Notes under the pieces: generated by a model
Seen by the model: the letters and a program-made list of their open reading frames with translations, nothing else
Databases searched by the model: none
Told to the model about the DNA's origin: nothing
Translations under genes and position numbers: made by a program
In this document: piece by piece, positions 7,727-16,308 of the stretch
Numbering within the stretch: position 1 is the stretch's first letter
Layout of the letters: each line of letters starts with the position of its first letter
NCBI GenBank assembly: GCA_037137395.1
Contig: JBAXKK010000009.1
Span: forward strand, 1 to 46,755
Direction of reading: 5' to 3'
Length of the DNA stretch: 46,755 nucleotides
From: Elusimicrobiota bacterium
Lineage (GTDB): Bacteria > Elusimicrobiota > Elusimicrobia > Elusimicrobiales > UBA9959

Positions 7727-9853
7727 ATGGAAAGAATAATTAGCCATGTCATTTTGCCGGTAGCGGACAAAAAGAAAATAAAATTTACTTTTGAGGGCCG
7801 CAGCCTGGAAGCTTTTGAAGACGAGGTAATTTCCAGCGCCTTGTTTGCCAACGGTATAAAGATATTCAGCGAACATAAAAAGGATTCCAGCCCCCAGGGT
7901 ATTTTCTGCGCCAATGGTCAATGCGCGCAGTGCACCGTAATCGCGGATGATCTGCCGGTAAAGGCCTGCGTGGCCAAGGTCAGAGATGGTATGAGGCTGG
8001 AACCGCTGAAGGGCTCGCCACTGCTGCCTAAAATCGCCTGCGCGTCCGGCGGCGGCGCGGCGCAGCTCGGCGAACAGTTCGGCCGCGTTACTGAGCTGGA
8101 AGTGGACGCGCTGATAATCGGCGGCGGGCCGTCCGGACTTGCGGCGGCGGCGGAGCTCGGAAAGCTCAATGTAGGCACGCTTATTATAGACGATAAACAT
8201 AAGCTGGGCGGCAAACTGATTCTGCAGACGCATAAATTTTTCGGTTCGGTGGAGGACTGCTACGCGGGCACGCGCGGGATAGATATAGCCGACAAATTGG
8301 AAGAGCGGCTAAAAGCATATCCTTCGGTCAAGATCTGGCTGAACGCCACTTGTGTCGCGGTTTTTTCGGACAAGAAGGTTGGCGTGGTGTATGGTGACAA
8401 GTATTTTGTCATCAAGCCAAAAGCCCTTATCAGCGCCACCGGGGCTAGGGAGAAGTCTCTAACTTTCCCCGGCAATACCCTGCCCGGCGTCTACGGCGCC
8501 GGCGCCTTTCAGACTCTGGTCAACCGCGATCTGATACGGCCGGCTAAAAGACTTTTTGTGGTGGGCGGCGGCAATGTCGGCATTATAGCGGCCTATCACG
8601 CGCTTCAGGCGGACATCCGGGTTGTGGGACTGATCGAGGCGCTGCCCCGATGCGGCGGCTACAAGGTTCACGCTGACAAATTGCAACGCCTGGGCGTGCC
8701 CATATACACGCGGCATACTATTGTGCGCGCGGAAGGCGCGAAAGAGCTGGAAGCTGTGACCATAGCTGAGGTTGACGATCGGTTTAAGGCCATCCCCGGC
8801 ACTGAAAAGACTTTTAAGGCGGACACGCTACTTATCGCCGTGGGGCTCAATTCCGTTAACGAGTTCCACAGGCAGGCGGTGGAATTCGGCATGAACGCTT
8901 TCGTCTGCGGAGACGCCGAGGAGATCGCCGAGGCCTCAGCCGCTATGTTCAGCGGCAAGATAGTTTCACACAAGGTTCTTAAAAGTCTTGGCATCATGGC
9001 CGGAGAAGTCCCGCAGTTTTGGTTCGAGCGGCTGGAAGTTCTCAAATCGCGGCCCGGAAAAACGCTCAAGCCGGCCGCAAAAAGCCATGATAACGCGGTC
9101 TATCCCGTGCTGCATTGCCTTCAGGAGATCCCCTGCAATCCCTGCGTCACCGTCTGCCCTAAGAAATCCATAAAACTCTCCGGCGAGTCCATCATGACCG
9201 TGCCGAAGTTTTCCGGTGAATGCATCGGCTGTTTTAAATGTCTGCTGATTTGCCCCGGTCTGGCTATCACGCTGGTTGACTACCGCAAGGATAAGAATTG
9301 CCCGACGGTGGCTGTGCCGTTTGAGATAGCGCGCGGCCGCGTTAAAAAAGGCGATATGGTGAATCTGGCCGACTGGGAGGGAGCCGACCTCGGCAGCTCC
9401 GAGGTCGCCGATGTTAAGGATTTTAAGGCCGAAAACACGATGATGATTATTGTTAAGGCTAAACCGGAAATAGCGGACCGCATCGCTTCCGTGCGTCTTT
9501 TCGATCCTGAGGCGGTCAAAGCTATGCCGGGTGCCGTAACAAAGGACGCGGACGACTCAGTGATTGTGTGCCGGTGCGAGAGGGTAAGCCTTGGAGAGAT
9601 ACGCCGCGCTATAAAGAGCGGCGTGCGCGACATGAATCAGCTCAAGGCCGTTACCCGCGCCGGGATGGGCGCCTGCGGGGCAAAAACCTGCGAGAGCCTT
9701 ATACTTTCTATTTTCAGGAGCGAAGGCGTGGATTTAAAGGAAGTTACCGGATTTTCCGGTCGCCCGCTTTTCGTGGAAGTGCCGCTGGGCGTTTTTAGTA
9801 ATGTAAAATGCCGAACCGAAGCCGAGGAAAAAGCCTCCTGGGGCGGGTTTTAA
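7727..9853 (+). CDS. Fused [2Fe-2S]/FAD oxidoreductase/2x[4Fe-4S]/BFD-like protein; proline dehydrogenase or sarcosine oxidase alpha-like subunit
   Basis: FCANGQCAQC...C, IIGGGPSG, ATGARE, GGGNVG, CLQEIPCNPCVTVCP, CIGCFKCLLICP, VCRCE...GMGACGAKTC. Alternative start GTG 7706. Confidence 0.82.
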   Translation: MERIISHVILPVADKKKIKFTFEGRSLEAFEDEVISSALFANGIKIFSEHKKDSSPQGIFCANGQCAQCTVIADDLPVKACVAKVRDGMRLEPLKGSPLLPKIACASGGGAAQLGEQFGRVTELEVDALIIGGGPSGLAAAAELGKLNVGTLIIDDKHKLGGKLILQTHKFFGSVEDCYAGTRGIDIADKLEERLKAYPSVKIWLNATCVAVFSDKKVGVVYGDKYFVIKPKALISATGAREKSLTFPGNTLPGVYGAGAFQTLVNRDLIRPAKRLFVVGGGNVGIIAAYHALQADIRVVGLIEALPRCGGYKVHADKLQRLGVPIYTRHTIVRAEGAKELEAVTIAEVDDRFKAIPGTEKTFKADTLLIAVGLNSVNEFHRQAVEFGMNAFVCGDAEEIAEASAAMFSGKIVSHKVLKSLGIMAGEVPQFWFERLEVLKSRPGKTLKPAAKSHDNAVYPVLHCLQEIPCNPCVTVCPKKSIKLSGESIMTVPKFSGECIGCFKCLLICPGLAITLVDYRKDKNCPTVAVPFEIARGRVKKGDMVNLADWEGADLGSSEVADVKDFKAENTMMIIVKAKPEIADRIASVRLFDPEAVKAMPGAVTKDADDSVIVCRCERVSLGEIRRAIKSGVRDMNQLKAVTRAGMGACGAKTCESLILSIFRSEGVDLKEVTGFSGRPLFVEVPLGVFSNVKCRTEAEEKASWGGF

Positions 9854-9858
9854 AATTT

Positions 9859-9927
9859 GGTGGCAGGTATCCGGTGGCAGGCATATTCTTGTTTTGCCTG
9901 TGACCTGCGACCTGTAATCCGTGACCT
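9859..9927. repeat. Inverted heptamer repeat array (GGTGGCA / TGACCTG type)
   Basis: GGTGGCA GGTATCC GGTGGCA, then TGACCTG CGACCTG TAATCCG TGACCT. Confidence 0.55.
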
Positions 9928-9944
9928 TTAATCGGGGATTAAAT

Positions 9945-11102
9945 ATGGCCGTTGAAAAATACGATGTGATTATAATCGGCGCGGGCAGCATAGGCGTTCC
10001 GCTTGCAATGTTCCTGGCCGAAAAAAAGTTCACTACGCTGGTAATAGACTCGCTGCCTTCGGTCGGGCAGGGGCAGAATAAATGCGCTATAGGCGGCATC
10101 AGGGCGACCCACTCCGACGGCTCTAAGATAAAGGCTTGTCTGCGCAGCCTTGAGATCTTTTCCACCTGGCATAAAAAATACGGCGACGATATAGGCTGGG
10201 TGAAGGGCGGCTATCTTTTTCCGGTCTACGCCGAAAACGACGAGATAATGCTCAGGGATATGCTTAAAATTCAGCAGAAGTTCGGCCTGAATATAAACTG
10301 GATAAGCGCGGAAGAAGTGAAAAAACTGGTGCCTGGCGTGGCAGGCAAAGATCTGCGCGGAGGCACATACGCTCCGGACGACGGTTCCGCTTCCCCCCTG
10401 CTGGCCATAAACGCTTTTTATCGACATGCCGTGAAATTGGGCGCGAAGTTCCGGTTCAACGAAGATGTAACCGGTTTTATAAAGGAAGAAGGCCGTATAA
10501 AAGGGGTCAGGACCGCAAGTTGCGAATATCTTGCCTCCGTTACCATTAACGCGGCGGGCGCAGGCGCCGCGGAGCTCTCCGCGATGGCCGGCGTGCCTGT
10601 GCCTGTCAAACCGGACTGCCACGAAGCGGGCGTCACCGAGCCGGTGCGAAAATTTTTTAAGCCTATGGTCGTGGATATCCGTCCCGGAGACAAATCAAAA
10701 AATTACTATTTTTATCAGAATTCAGAGGAGCAGATAGTGTTCTGCCTCACTCCCAATCCGCCCGTTTGGGGCCACGATCGGCGGTCCACATCCGAATTCC
10801 TGCCTGAAATTTCTAAGCGCATGATCAGTCTTATGCCTGCGCTGGCTAATATCAAGGTGCGGCGTGTTTGGCGCGGTCTGTATCCCATGACGCCTGACGG
10901 GTTCCCCATAGTCGACTTTCCGGCGGAAGCGCCTGGCTACGCGTTGGCGGTAGGAATGTGCGGCCAGGGCTTTATGCTGGGGCCGGGCCTCGGGTCAGCC
11001 CTAGCCTCAGTCATAGCCGGAGAGAAGCGTGCCGAGGACTTTGAGATCCTGGCGGGATTCAAACTGATACGTAATTTCTCCGGTCAGGAAAAGTTAAAGT
11101 AG
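9945..11102 (+). CDS. FAD-dependent oxidoreductase (DAO family; proline dehydrogenase/sarcosine oxidase beta-like)
   Basis: IIGAGSIG Rossmann motif, INAAG, WRGLYPMTPDGFPI, GQGFMLGP; adjacent to the alpha-like gene. Confidence 0.85.
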   Translation: MAVEKYDVIIIGAGSIGVPLAMFLAEKKFTTLVIDSLPSVGQGQNKCAIGGIRATHSDGSKIKACLRSLEIFSTWHKKYGDDIGWVKGGYLFPVYAENDEIMLRDMLKIQQKFGLNINWISAEEVKKLVPGVAGKDLRGGTYAPDDGSASPLLAINAFYRHAVKLGAKFRFNEDVTGFIKEEGRIKGVRTASCEYLASVTINAAGAGAAELSAMAGVPVPVKPDCHEAGVTEPVRKFFKPMVVDIRPGDKSKNYYFYQNSEEQIVFCLTPNPPVWGHDRRSTSEFLPEISKRMISLMPALANIKVRRVWRGLYPMTPDGFPIVDFPAEAPGYALAVGMCGQGFMLGPGLGSALASVIAGEKRAEDFEILAGFKLIRNFSGQEKLK

Positions 11103-11221
11103 AGGACTGGAGAATCAGCCGGATTTAACAAGATTCTCCATATCCGTTGCCAATCATGTAATCCTCCGGTCCGCTAAGCAAATATTCATGCAATAAAACT
11201 AACCCCGTCTGCGTTAACCAT

Positions 11222-12496
11222 ATGATGAAAAAAATAATCCTGCCTCTTTTATTTGTGATATCAGCGATTATCCCCCTGGCGGCTCAGGAATCCCCCCTGG
11301 AGCTTTCGTGGGATGACTGTGTCCGTGAGGCCCTAGCCAGAAATCCGGCCCTTAAGGCCAAAAAATTAGCCATAGATCAATCCAGATACCTTTATCTGGC
11401 CAGCTATAACTCTTTCCTGCCCATTAATATTTCCCATTCCGTCAGCCTAAGCCGCAGCGGCGGCTCAGACATTTCTCCTTCCAATAAATGGGATGTAGGG
11501 TTTTCTGTATCCGCCACCGAGCCGCTCTTCGATCTCAAGACCATTTCTTCCATAAAGAGCTCTAAGATAAGCTATGAGAAGGCCGCGGCGGATTACCGCG
11601 GCGAGTCCGCCTCCCTGCGCCAAAGCCTCTATTCGGCTTTCGTCGGTCTACTGGTCGCCCAAGAGAAGGTGCGGGTGCAGACCAAAATAACTACCATACG
11701 CAAAGAAAACGCCGCGCTTATCAAACTTAAGTATGACAGCGGAATGGAGTCACGCGGCAACATGATGTACGCTTCAGCCCTCGCGGAGCTTGCCAGGTCT
11801 GACGCGCAGAAGGCGGAGCGATCCCTTAATATGGCCCGCCGCAATTTGCTCGGCAATATGGGCTCCAGCGAATACCGCCCTGTAATAGCCAAAGCCGAGC
11901 TTCAGTCACCGGAGTATGATTTTAAGGCTGAAAACGTCCGGTCGGCGCTGGAGAATATCCCTCAAGTCATCTCATACGAAAAGAGCGTGGAGTCAACAAA
12001 ACAGAGGCTCCTTTCAACCAAATACGACATGTTTCCCACCCTGAGCGCCAGCCAGTCTCTCGGCTGGAGCGGGCCGAGCGAATTTCCGTCCAAGCGGAAC
12101 TGGTCCATGGGGCTGAATCTGAACCTGCCGCTGCTGGTCAACGGCATAACATCCTACTCCAATAATACCTCCGCCGCCAAGGTCGCGCTTAAGAGCGCGG
12201 AGGAATCTTTGAGGGGCCTGAAGGTTTCGCTGGAAAACAGCATCGTAAGCGCTTACGATGATTTTTTGAACGCGCGCGACACGGCGTCCGCCAACGTCAG
12301 CGTTCTTAAGGCCAATGAGGAGCGGTACAATGAGTCGCAGATAAAATATATGGCCGGCAAGATCAGTTTTATAGATCTCGCGAACGTGGAGCAGAGCATG
12401 GTGGACAACCAGCTTAACCAACTGCAGTTCCTGCAGAACGCCAACACAAGAAAGATCGCCCTGGAAAACCTTCTGGGCGTCGGACTCGAGTACTAG
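11222..12496 (+). CDS. TolC-family outer membrane efflux protein
   Basis: Signal peptide, LSWDDCVREALARNP, two OEP repeats, KYMAGKISFIDL. Confidence 0.88.
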   Translation: MMKKIILPLLFVISAIIPLAAQESPLELSWDDCVREALARNPALKAKKLAIDQSRYLYLASYNSFLPINISHSVSLSRSGGSDISPSNKWDVGFSVSATEPLFDLKTISSIKSSKISYEKAAADYRGESASLRQSLYSAFVGLLVAQEKVRVQTKITTIRKENAALIKLKYDSGMESRGNMMYASALAELARSDAQKAERSLNMARRNLLGNMGSSEYRPVIAKAELQSPEYDFKAENVRSALENIPQVISYEKSVESTKQRLLSTKYDMFPTLSASQSLGWSGPSEFPSKRNWSMGLNLNLPLLVNGITSYSNNTSAAKVALKSAEESLRGLKVSLENSIVSAYDDFLNARDTASANVSVLKANEERYNESQIKYMAGKISFIDLANVEQSMVDNQLNQLQFLQNANTRKIALENLLGVGLEY

Positions 12497-12506
12497 GAGA
12501 ATAAGT

Positions 12507-12580
12507 GATTGAAGATTTAAGATTAAAGATTGCCGAAATCGTGCCTCTTAATCTTGAATCTGGAATCTTAAATCTTGAAT
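12507..12580. repeat. Inverted heptamer repeat array (GATTYAA / AATCTTR)
   Basis: GATTGAA GATTTAA GATTAAA GATT, then AATCTTG AATCTGG AATCTTA AATCTTG. Confidence 0.75.
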
Positions 12581-12590
12581 GGGAGCATTT

Positions 12591-13565
12591 ATGAAGAAAA
12601 TTTTAATTATCATCGCGATACTCGCAGTCGGGGGCGTCGGCTGGTATTTTTATAATAAAAAGACCGCCAAAGCCGAAGTCAGATACGCGAGCTTTGAGGT
12701 TATTTCAAAAAGCATATCTGAATTTGTGGATACCACCGGCGCGGTGGCGCCGCTGAACCGCGTGGAGATACAGCCTTCCGCGGGAGGCCGTATAGAAAAG
12801 ATTCTTGTGGAAGAGGGCGATAAGATAAAGCAGGGCCAGGTGCTGGCCCTCATGAGCTCAAGTGACAGGGTGGCCATATTGGACGCGGCCCGCGCTATGG
12901 GCGACGAACAATATAAGTATTGGCAGGAGGCCTATAAGCCTATTAAGGTGGTAGCTCCGCTGGACGGGACCGTCATCCTCAAGAATGTGGTTGAGGGCCA
13001 GACGGTGGGACAGGCCACGGTGCTGTTCGCCATGTCCGATAAGCTTATCCTCGCCGCCAACGTGGACGAATCTGACGTGGGCAAGATAAAAGAGGGCCAG
13101 CCCGTCTCTATAATTCTGGACGCTTATCCCGACTCACCTGTCAAAGGCAGCGTTTTTCAGATTCTGGACGAGGGCGTTAATCAGAGCAATGTTATCACCT
13201 ATTCCGTAAAAATAAGGCCCGACTCCGTCCCCGCGTTTTTTAAATCGCAGATGACGGCGAATATAAAAATTGAGGTGGCCAGGAAGCGCTCCGCCCTTCT
13301 TATCCCGGCTGTGGCTGTTACCATTGATCCCGCGGGCAGGACAGCGGTTATAACTGAAATTGCGGATAATAAGCCGGTCTATAAAAAGATTGAGACCGGC
13401 CTTGACGAGGGAGACCTGGTGGAAGTTACCAAGGGGCTTGACGAGGGCGACACCGTCATGTTCCAGGGAAAAGGCTACAAGCCACAGCAGGCGTCCGGCG
13501 GCACCAATCCGCTTATGCCAAGCAGGCCGAACATTCCGCGCGGCGCCGGCAGGGCGATGCATTAA
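12591..13565 (+). CDS. MacA-like periplasmic adaptor (membrane fusion protein)
   Basis: N-terminal anchor, GGRIEKILVEEGDKIKQGQVLA, APLDGTV, NVDESDVGKIKEGQ. Confidence 0.88.
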   Translation: MKKILIIIAILAVGGVGWYFYNKKTAKAEVRYASFEVISKSISEFVDTTGAVAPLNRVEIQPSAGGRIEKILVEEGDKIKQGQVLALMSSSDRVAILDAARAMGDEQYKYWQEAYKPIKVVAPLDGTVILKNVVEGQTVGQATVLFAMSDKLILAANVDESDVGKIKEGQPVSIILDAYPDSPVKGSVFQILDEGVNQSNVITYSVKIRPDSVPAFFKSQMTANIKIEVARKRSALLIPAVAVTIDPAGRTAVITEIADNKPVYKKIETGLDEGDLVEVTKGLDEGDTVMFQGKGYKPQQASGGTNPLMPSRPNIPRGAGRAMH

Positions 13566-13611
13566 GCCTGCGCCCCGGCGCAGGGTTGCCATATGCGGCT
13601 GTTCCAGCCGC

Positions 13612-13718
13612 GCCGTAGGCCATAAGCCGTAAGCCATAAGTCAGAGGCTTTTCAAAGAGTGATGATGGCGGGTTAATATTGCTGCATATGGCCTAAGGCT
13701 TATAGCTTATAGCAATGG
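13612..13718. repeat. Inverted heptamer repeat array (GCCRTAA / GCTTATR)
   Basis: GCCGTAG GCCATAA GCCGTAA GCCATAA, then GCATATG GCCTAAG GCTTATA GCTTATA. Confidence 0.7.
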
Positions 13719-13728
13719 ATCTGACACT

Positions 13729-15675
13729 ATGATCGAACTTAAGGGAATCCGTAAAGTTTACCAGATGGGCGACGAGCCCCTCGCGGTTTTAAAAGGCGTT
13801 GACCTCTCCGTGAAAGAGGGCGAGTTCGTGGCCATCATGGGCCCGTCCGGTTCCGGAAAATCCACGCTGATGCACATTCTGGGTCTTCTGGATAAGCCCA
13901 GCGCCGGCTCTTACAAACTTTTCGGCCGCGAGATATCGGAGCTGGACGACGTCGAGCTCTCCTACCTCAGAGCACGCATAATCGGTTTCGTCTTTCAGCA
14001 GTTCAACCTTCTGCCGAGGATAACCGCCGCCGATAACGTGGCGCTGCCGCAAATTTATCTGGGCGAGAAGGCCCGCCCGCAGGAGGCCGGTAAATATCTG
14101 GCGCAGGTGGGCCTGGGCGACCGCATGGGTCATAAGCCCAACCAGCTCTCAGGCGGTCAGCAGCAGCGCGTGGCTATAGCCCGCTCACTGGTAAACGACC
14201 CCAAGATTATTTTCGCCGACGAGCCCACGGGCAACCTCGCGTCCGACCAGTCCAATGAGATCATGGCCATCTTCCGCAAGCTTAACGACCGAGGTATTAC
14301 GGTTATCATAGTCACGCATGAGCCTGACATCGCCGCATGGGCCGACAGGATTATAAAAGTTAAGGATGGTCTGGTGGTGGAAGATATCGTAAAAAAAGCG
14401 CCGGCTAAAAAAGAGACGGCCGCGCACTTGCGTATTCCAAAGTCTTTTTTTCTGACCTGGCGCGAAGTTTCGGAAAACATGACTTCTTCCGTAAACTCCA
14501 TAATAAGCAACAAGACCCGGTCGCTCCTGACCATGCTGGGCATTATTATCGGCGTGGGCGCCCTCATCGCTATGCTCGCGGTGGGCACCGGGGCGCAGCG
14601 GGCCATAGAGAAGCAGATGTCATCGCTGGGAACCAATCTGCTGGCGGTCATGCCCGGCAGCCGCAGCAAGGGCGGGATGTCTCTGGGCCGCGGCGCGGTA
14701 AGCCGGCTGACGCTGGAGGATGCCAGGGCGCTGGCGAAAGCCGTGCCGAATATTACCAAGACGGATTCCAATGTTCAGGGATCCGCCCAGCTGGTTTACG
14801 GTTCCAAGAACTACCGCAGCCGCGTCACCGGCGTGACCGCAATCTATCCTTCAATGCGCGCCGCCGAGCCTTATTACGGCCGCTTTTTTTCGGAAGACGA
14901 AAATACCCGGCTTAAAAAAGTAGCTGTTCTCGGCCAAACCGTGGTGACTCAGCTGTTCGGCAGCGAGAATCCCGTAGGCAAGAGCATCAAGATAAACCGG
15001 AAGAATTTTATTGTCATCGGCGTGCTGCCCATGAAGGGCGCCTCCGGTTTTCAGGATCAGGACGACACGGTCATCGTGCCGCTTAACACCGCCATGAAGG
15101 TTCTCCTCGGCAAGAAGTATGTTGATTCCATCTGGGTGGAAGTTTCGGATTTTAAGTTAATGGCTGCCGTGCAGGAGAATATCAAGGCCCTGATGCGCAA
15201 GAGGCACGGCGTGCCCGCATATAAAGACGACGATGTCTCGCTGATGAATATGGCCGAGCTTCAAACCATGCTGACCGGCACCATCAAGACCTTCAGCACG
15301 CTGCTGGGCATCATTGCCGGCATCTCGCTGATAGTCGGCGGAATCGGCATCATGAACATCATGCTTGTGAGCGTAAGCGAGCGCACCAAGGAAATTGGTC
15401 TCAGGAAAGCTATTGGCGCCACCCGACGAGCCGTGTTGCTGCAGTTTCTGATCGAAGCGATTATTATTTCAGTCATCGGCGGCCTGCTGGGAATTATGAT
15501 AGGCGCTGGCGCGTCCATGCTTTTATCCAAACTTTCCGGCTGGGCGATTTATATCTCTCCGCTATCAGTGGCTCTGGCTTTCGGTTTTTCCGCCACGGTC
15601 GGAGTGGTGTTCGGCTTCTGGCCCGCTAAAAAGGCCTCGCTATTGTCACCCATAGACGCGCTCCGCTACGAATAA
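13729..15675 (+). CDS. macB: MacB-family ABC transporter (ATPase-permease fusion)
   Basis: GPSGSGKST, LSGGQQQRV, FADEPTGNL, GGIGIMNIMLVSVSERTKEIG, C-terminal PIDALRYE. Confidence 0.92.
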   Translation: MIELKGIRKVYQMGDEPLAVLKGVDLSVKEGEFVAIMGPSGSGKSTLMHILGLLDKPSAGSYKLFGREISELDDVELSYLRARIIGFVFQQFNLLPRITAADNVALPQIYLGEKARPQEAGKYLAQVGLGDRMGHKPNQLSGGQQQRVAIARSLVNDPKIIFADEPTGNLASDQSNEIMAIFRKLNDRGITVIIVTHEPDIAAWADRIIKVKDGLVVEDIVKKAPAKKETAAHLRIPKSFFLTWREVSENMTSSVNSIISNKTRSLLTMLGIIIGVGALIAMLAVGTGAQRAIEKQMSSLGTNLLAVMPGSRSKGGMSLGRGAVSRLTLEDARALAKAVPNITKTDSNVQGSAQLVYGSKNYRSRVTGVTAIYPSMRAAEPYYGRFFSEDENTRLKKVAVLGQTVVTQLFGSENPVGKSIKINRKNFIVIGVLPMKGASGFQDQDDTVIVPLNTAMKVLLGKKYVDSIWVEVSDFKLMAAVQENIKALMRKRHGVPAYKDDDVSLMNMAELQTMLTGTIKTFSTLLGIIAGISLIVGGIGIMNIMLVSVSERTKEIGLRKAIGATRRAVLLQFLIEAIIISVIGGLLGIMIGAGASMLLSKLSGWAIYISPLSVALAFGFSATVGVVFGFWPAKKASLLSPIDALRYE

Positions 15676-15693
15676 TTTGATATTATTTACATC

Positions 15694-15805
15694 AGGAGTA
15701 AGTGGTAAGTCGTAAGGAGCGGGCGATAGGGATTAGGCGCGGGAACATTGCGGCTTTAATCCTGCGTCCGCGATTCTTAATACTTGATCCTTATTTCTTA
15801 ATCCT
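15694..15805. repeat. Degenerate inverted heptamer array (AGGRTTA / TAATCCT)
   Basis: AGGAGTA AGTGGTA AGTCGTA..., then TAATCCT ... TAATACT TGATCCT TATTTCT TAATCCT. Confidence 0.6.
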
Positions 15806-15829
15806 TGCATATGGTTTTCGGAGGAAATA

Positions 15830-16231
15830 ATGATAAGTGTTTCTGTAAAATGCCCCCAATGCGGTAAATCTCTGATGGACTCTAAAAAGAAGCTGGACAG
15901 CAAGGCTTCTATCCTCGTCCATCTTACTTATGCCGGCAAGAACGCTCCGCTTCACATGAGCGCAGCTTACGGCAGTTACTCCGTAGAGACAGATCTCAAG
16001 ATTCCGCTCGGCAAGATCGCCGGCTTCCGCTGCCCCCATTGCAAAGCCGATCTCAAGAGCACCAGAAAATGCGATATCTGCGCCGCGCAGATGGTGGCTT
16101 TTGACCTTAAAGAAGGCGGCCAGGTTCAGATTTGCGCGCGGCGCGGCTGCAAGAAGCATCTTCTTGAATTTCAGAACCCGGATAGCGAATTGCAGGCCTT
16201 CTACAAGTCTTGCGTGAACTCGTTCAAATAA
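15830..16231 (+). CDS. Small Cys-rich putative metal-binding (zinc-ribbon-like) protein
   Basis: CPQC, CPHC, CDIC, CARRGC; SD GGAGG. Confidence 0.7.
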   Translation: MISVSVKCPQCGKSLMDSKKKLDSKASILVHLTYAGKNAPLHMSAAYGSYSVETDLKIPLGKIAGFRCPHCKADLKSTRKCDICAAQMVAFDLKEGGQVQICARRGCKKHLLEFQNPDSELQAFYKSCVNSFK

Positions 16232-16252
16232 AATTTTGCCTGCAAAATTTTA
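16229..16252. repeat. Perfect palindrome, 11-bp arms, CT centre
   Basis: TAAAATTTTGC-CT-GCAAAATTTTA. Confidence 0.75.
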
Positions 16253-16308
16253 TGCTACAGGCCATAAGCCGTACTCCGGCCTATGGCTCGCGGCGGGTTC
16301 CGCGCCCT

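Noticed and set aside
11175..11195. Sigma-54-like site on the minus strand (TTGCATGAATATTTGCT)
   Set aside because: It lacks the invariant GG, the spacing is off by one, and it points away from tolC.
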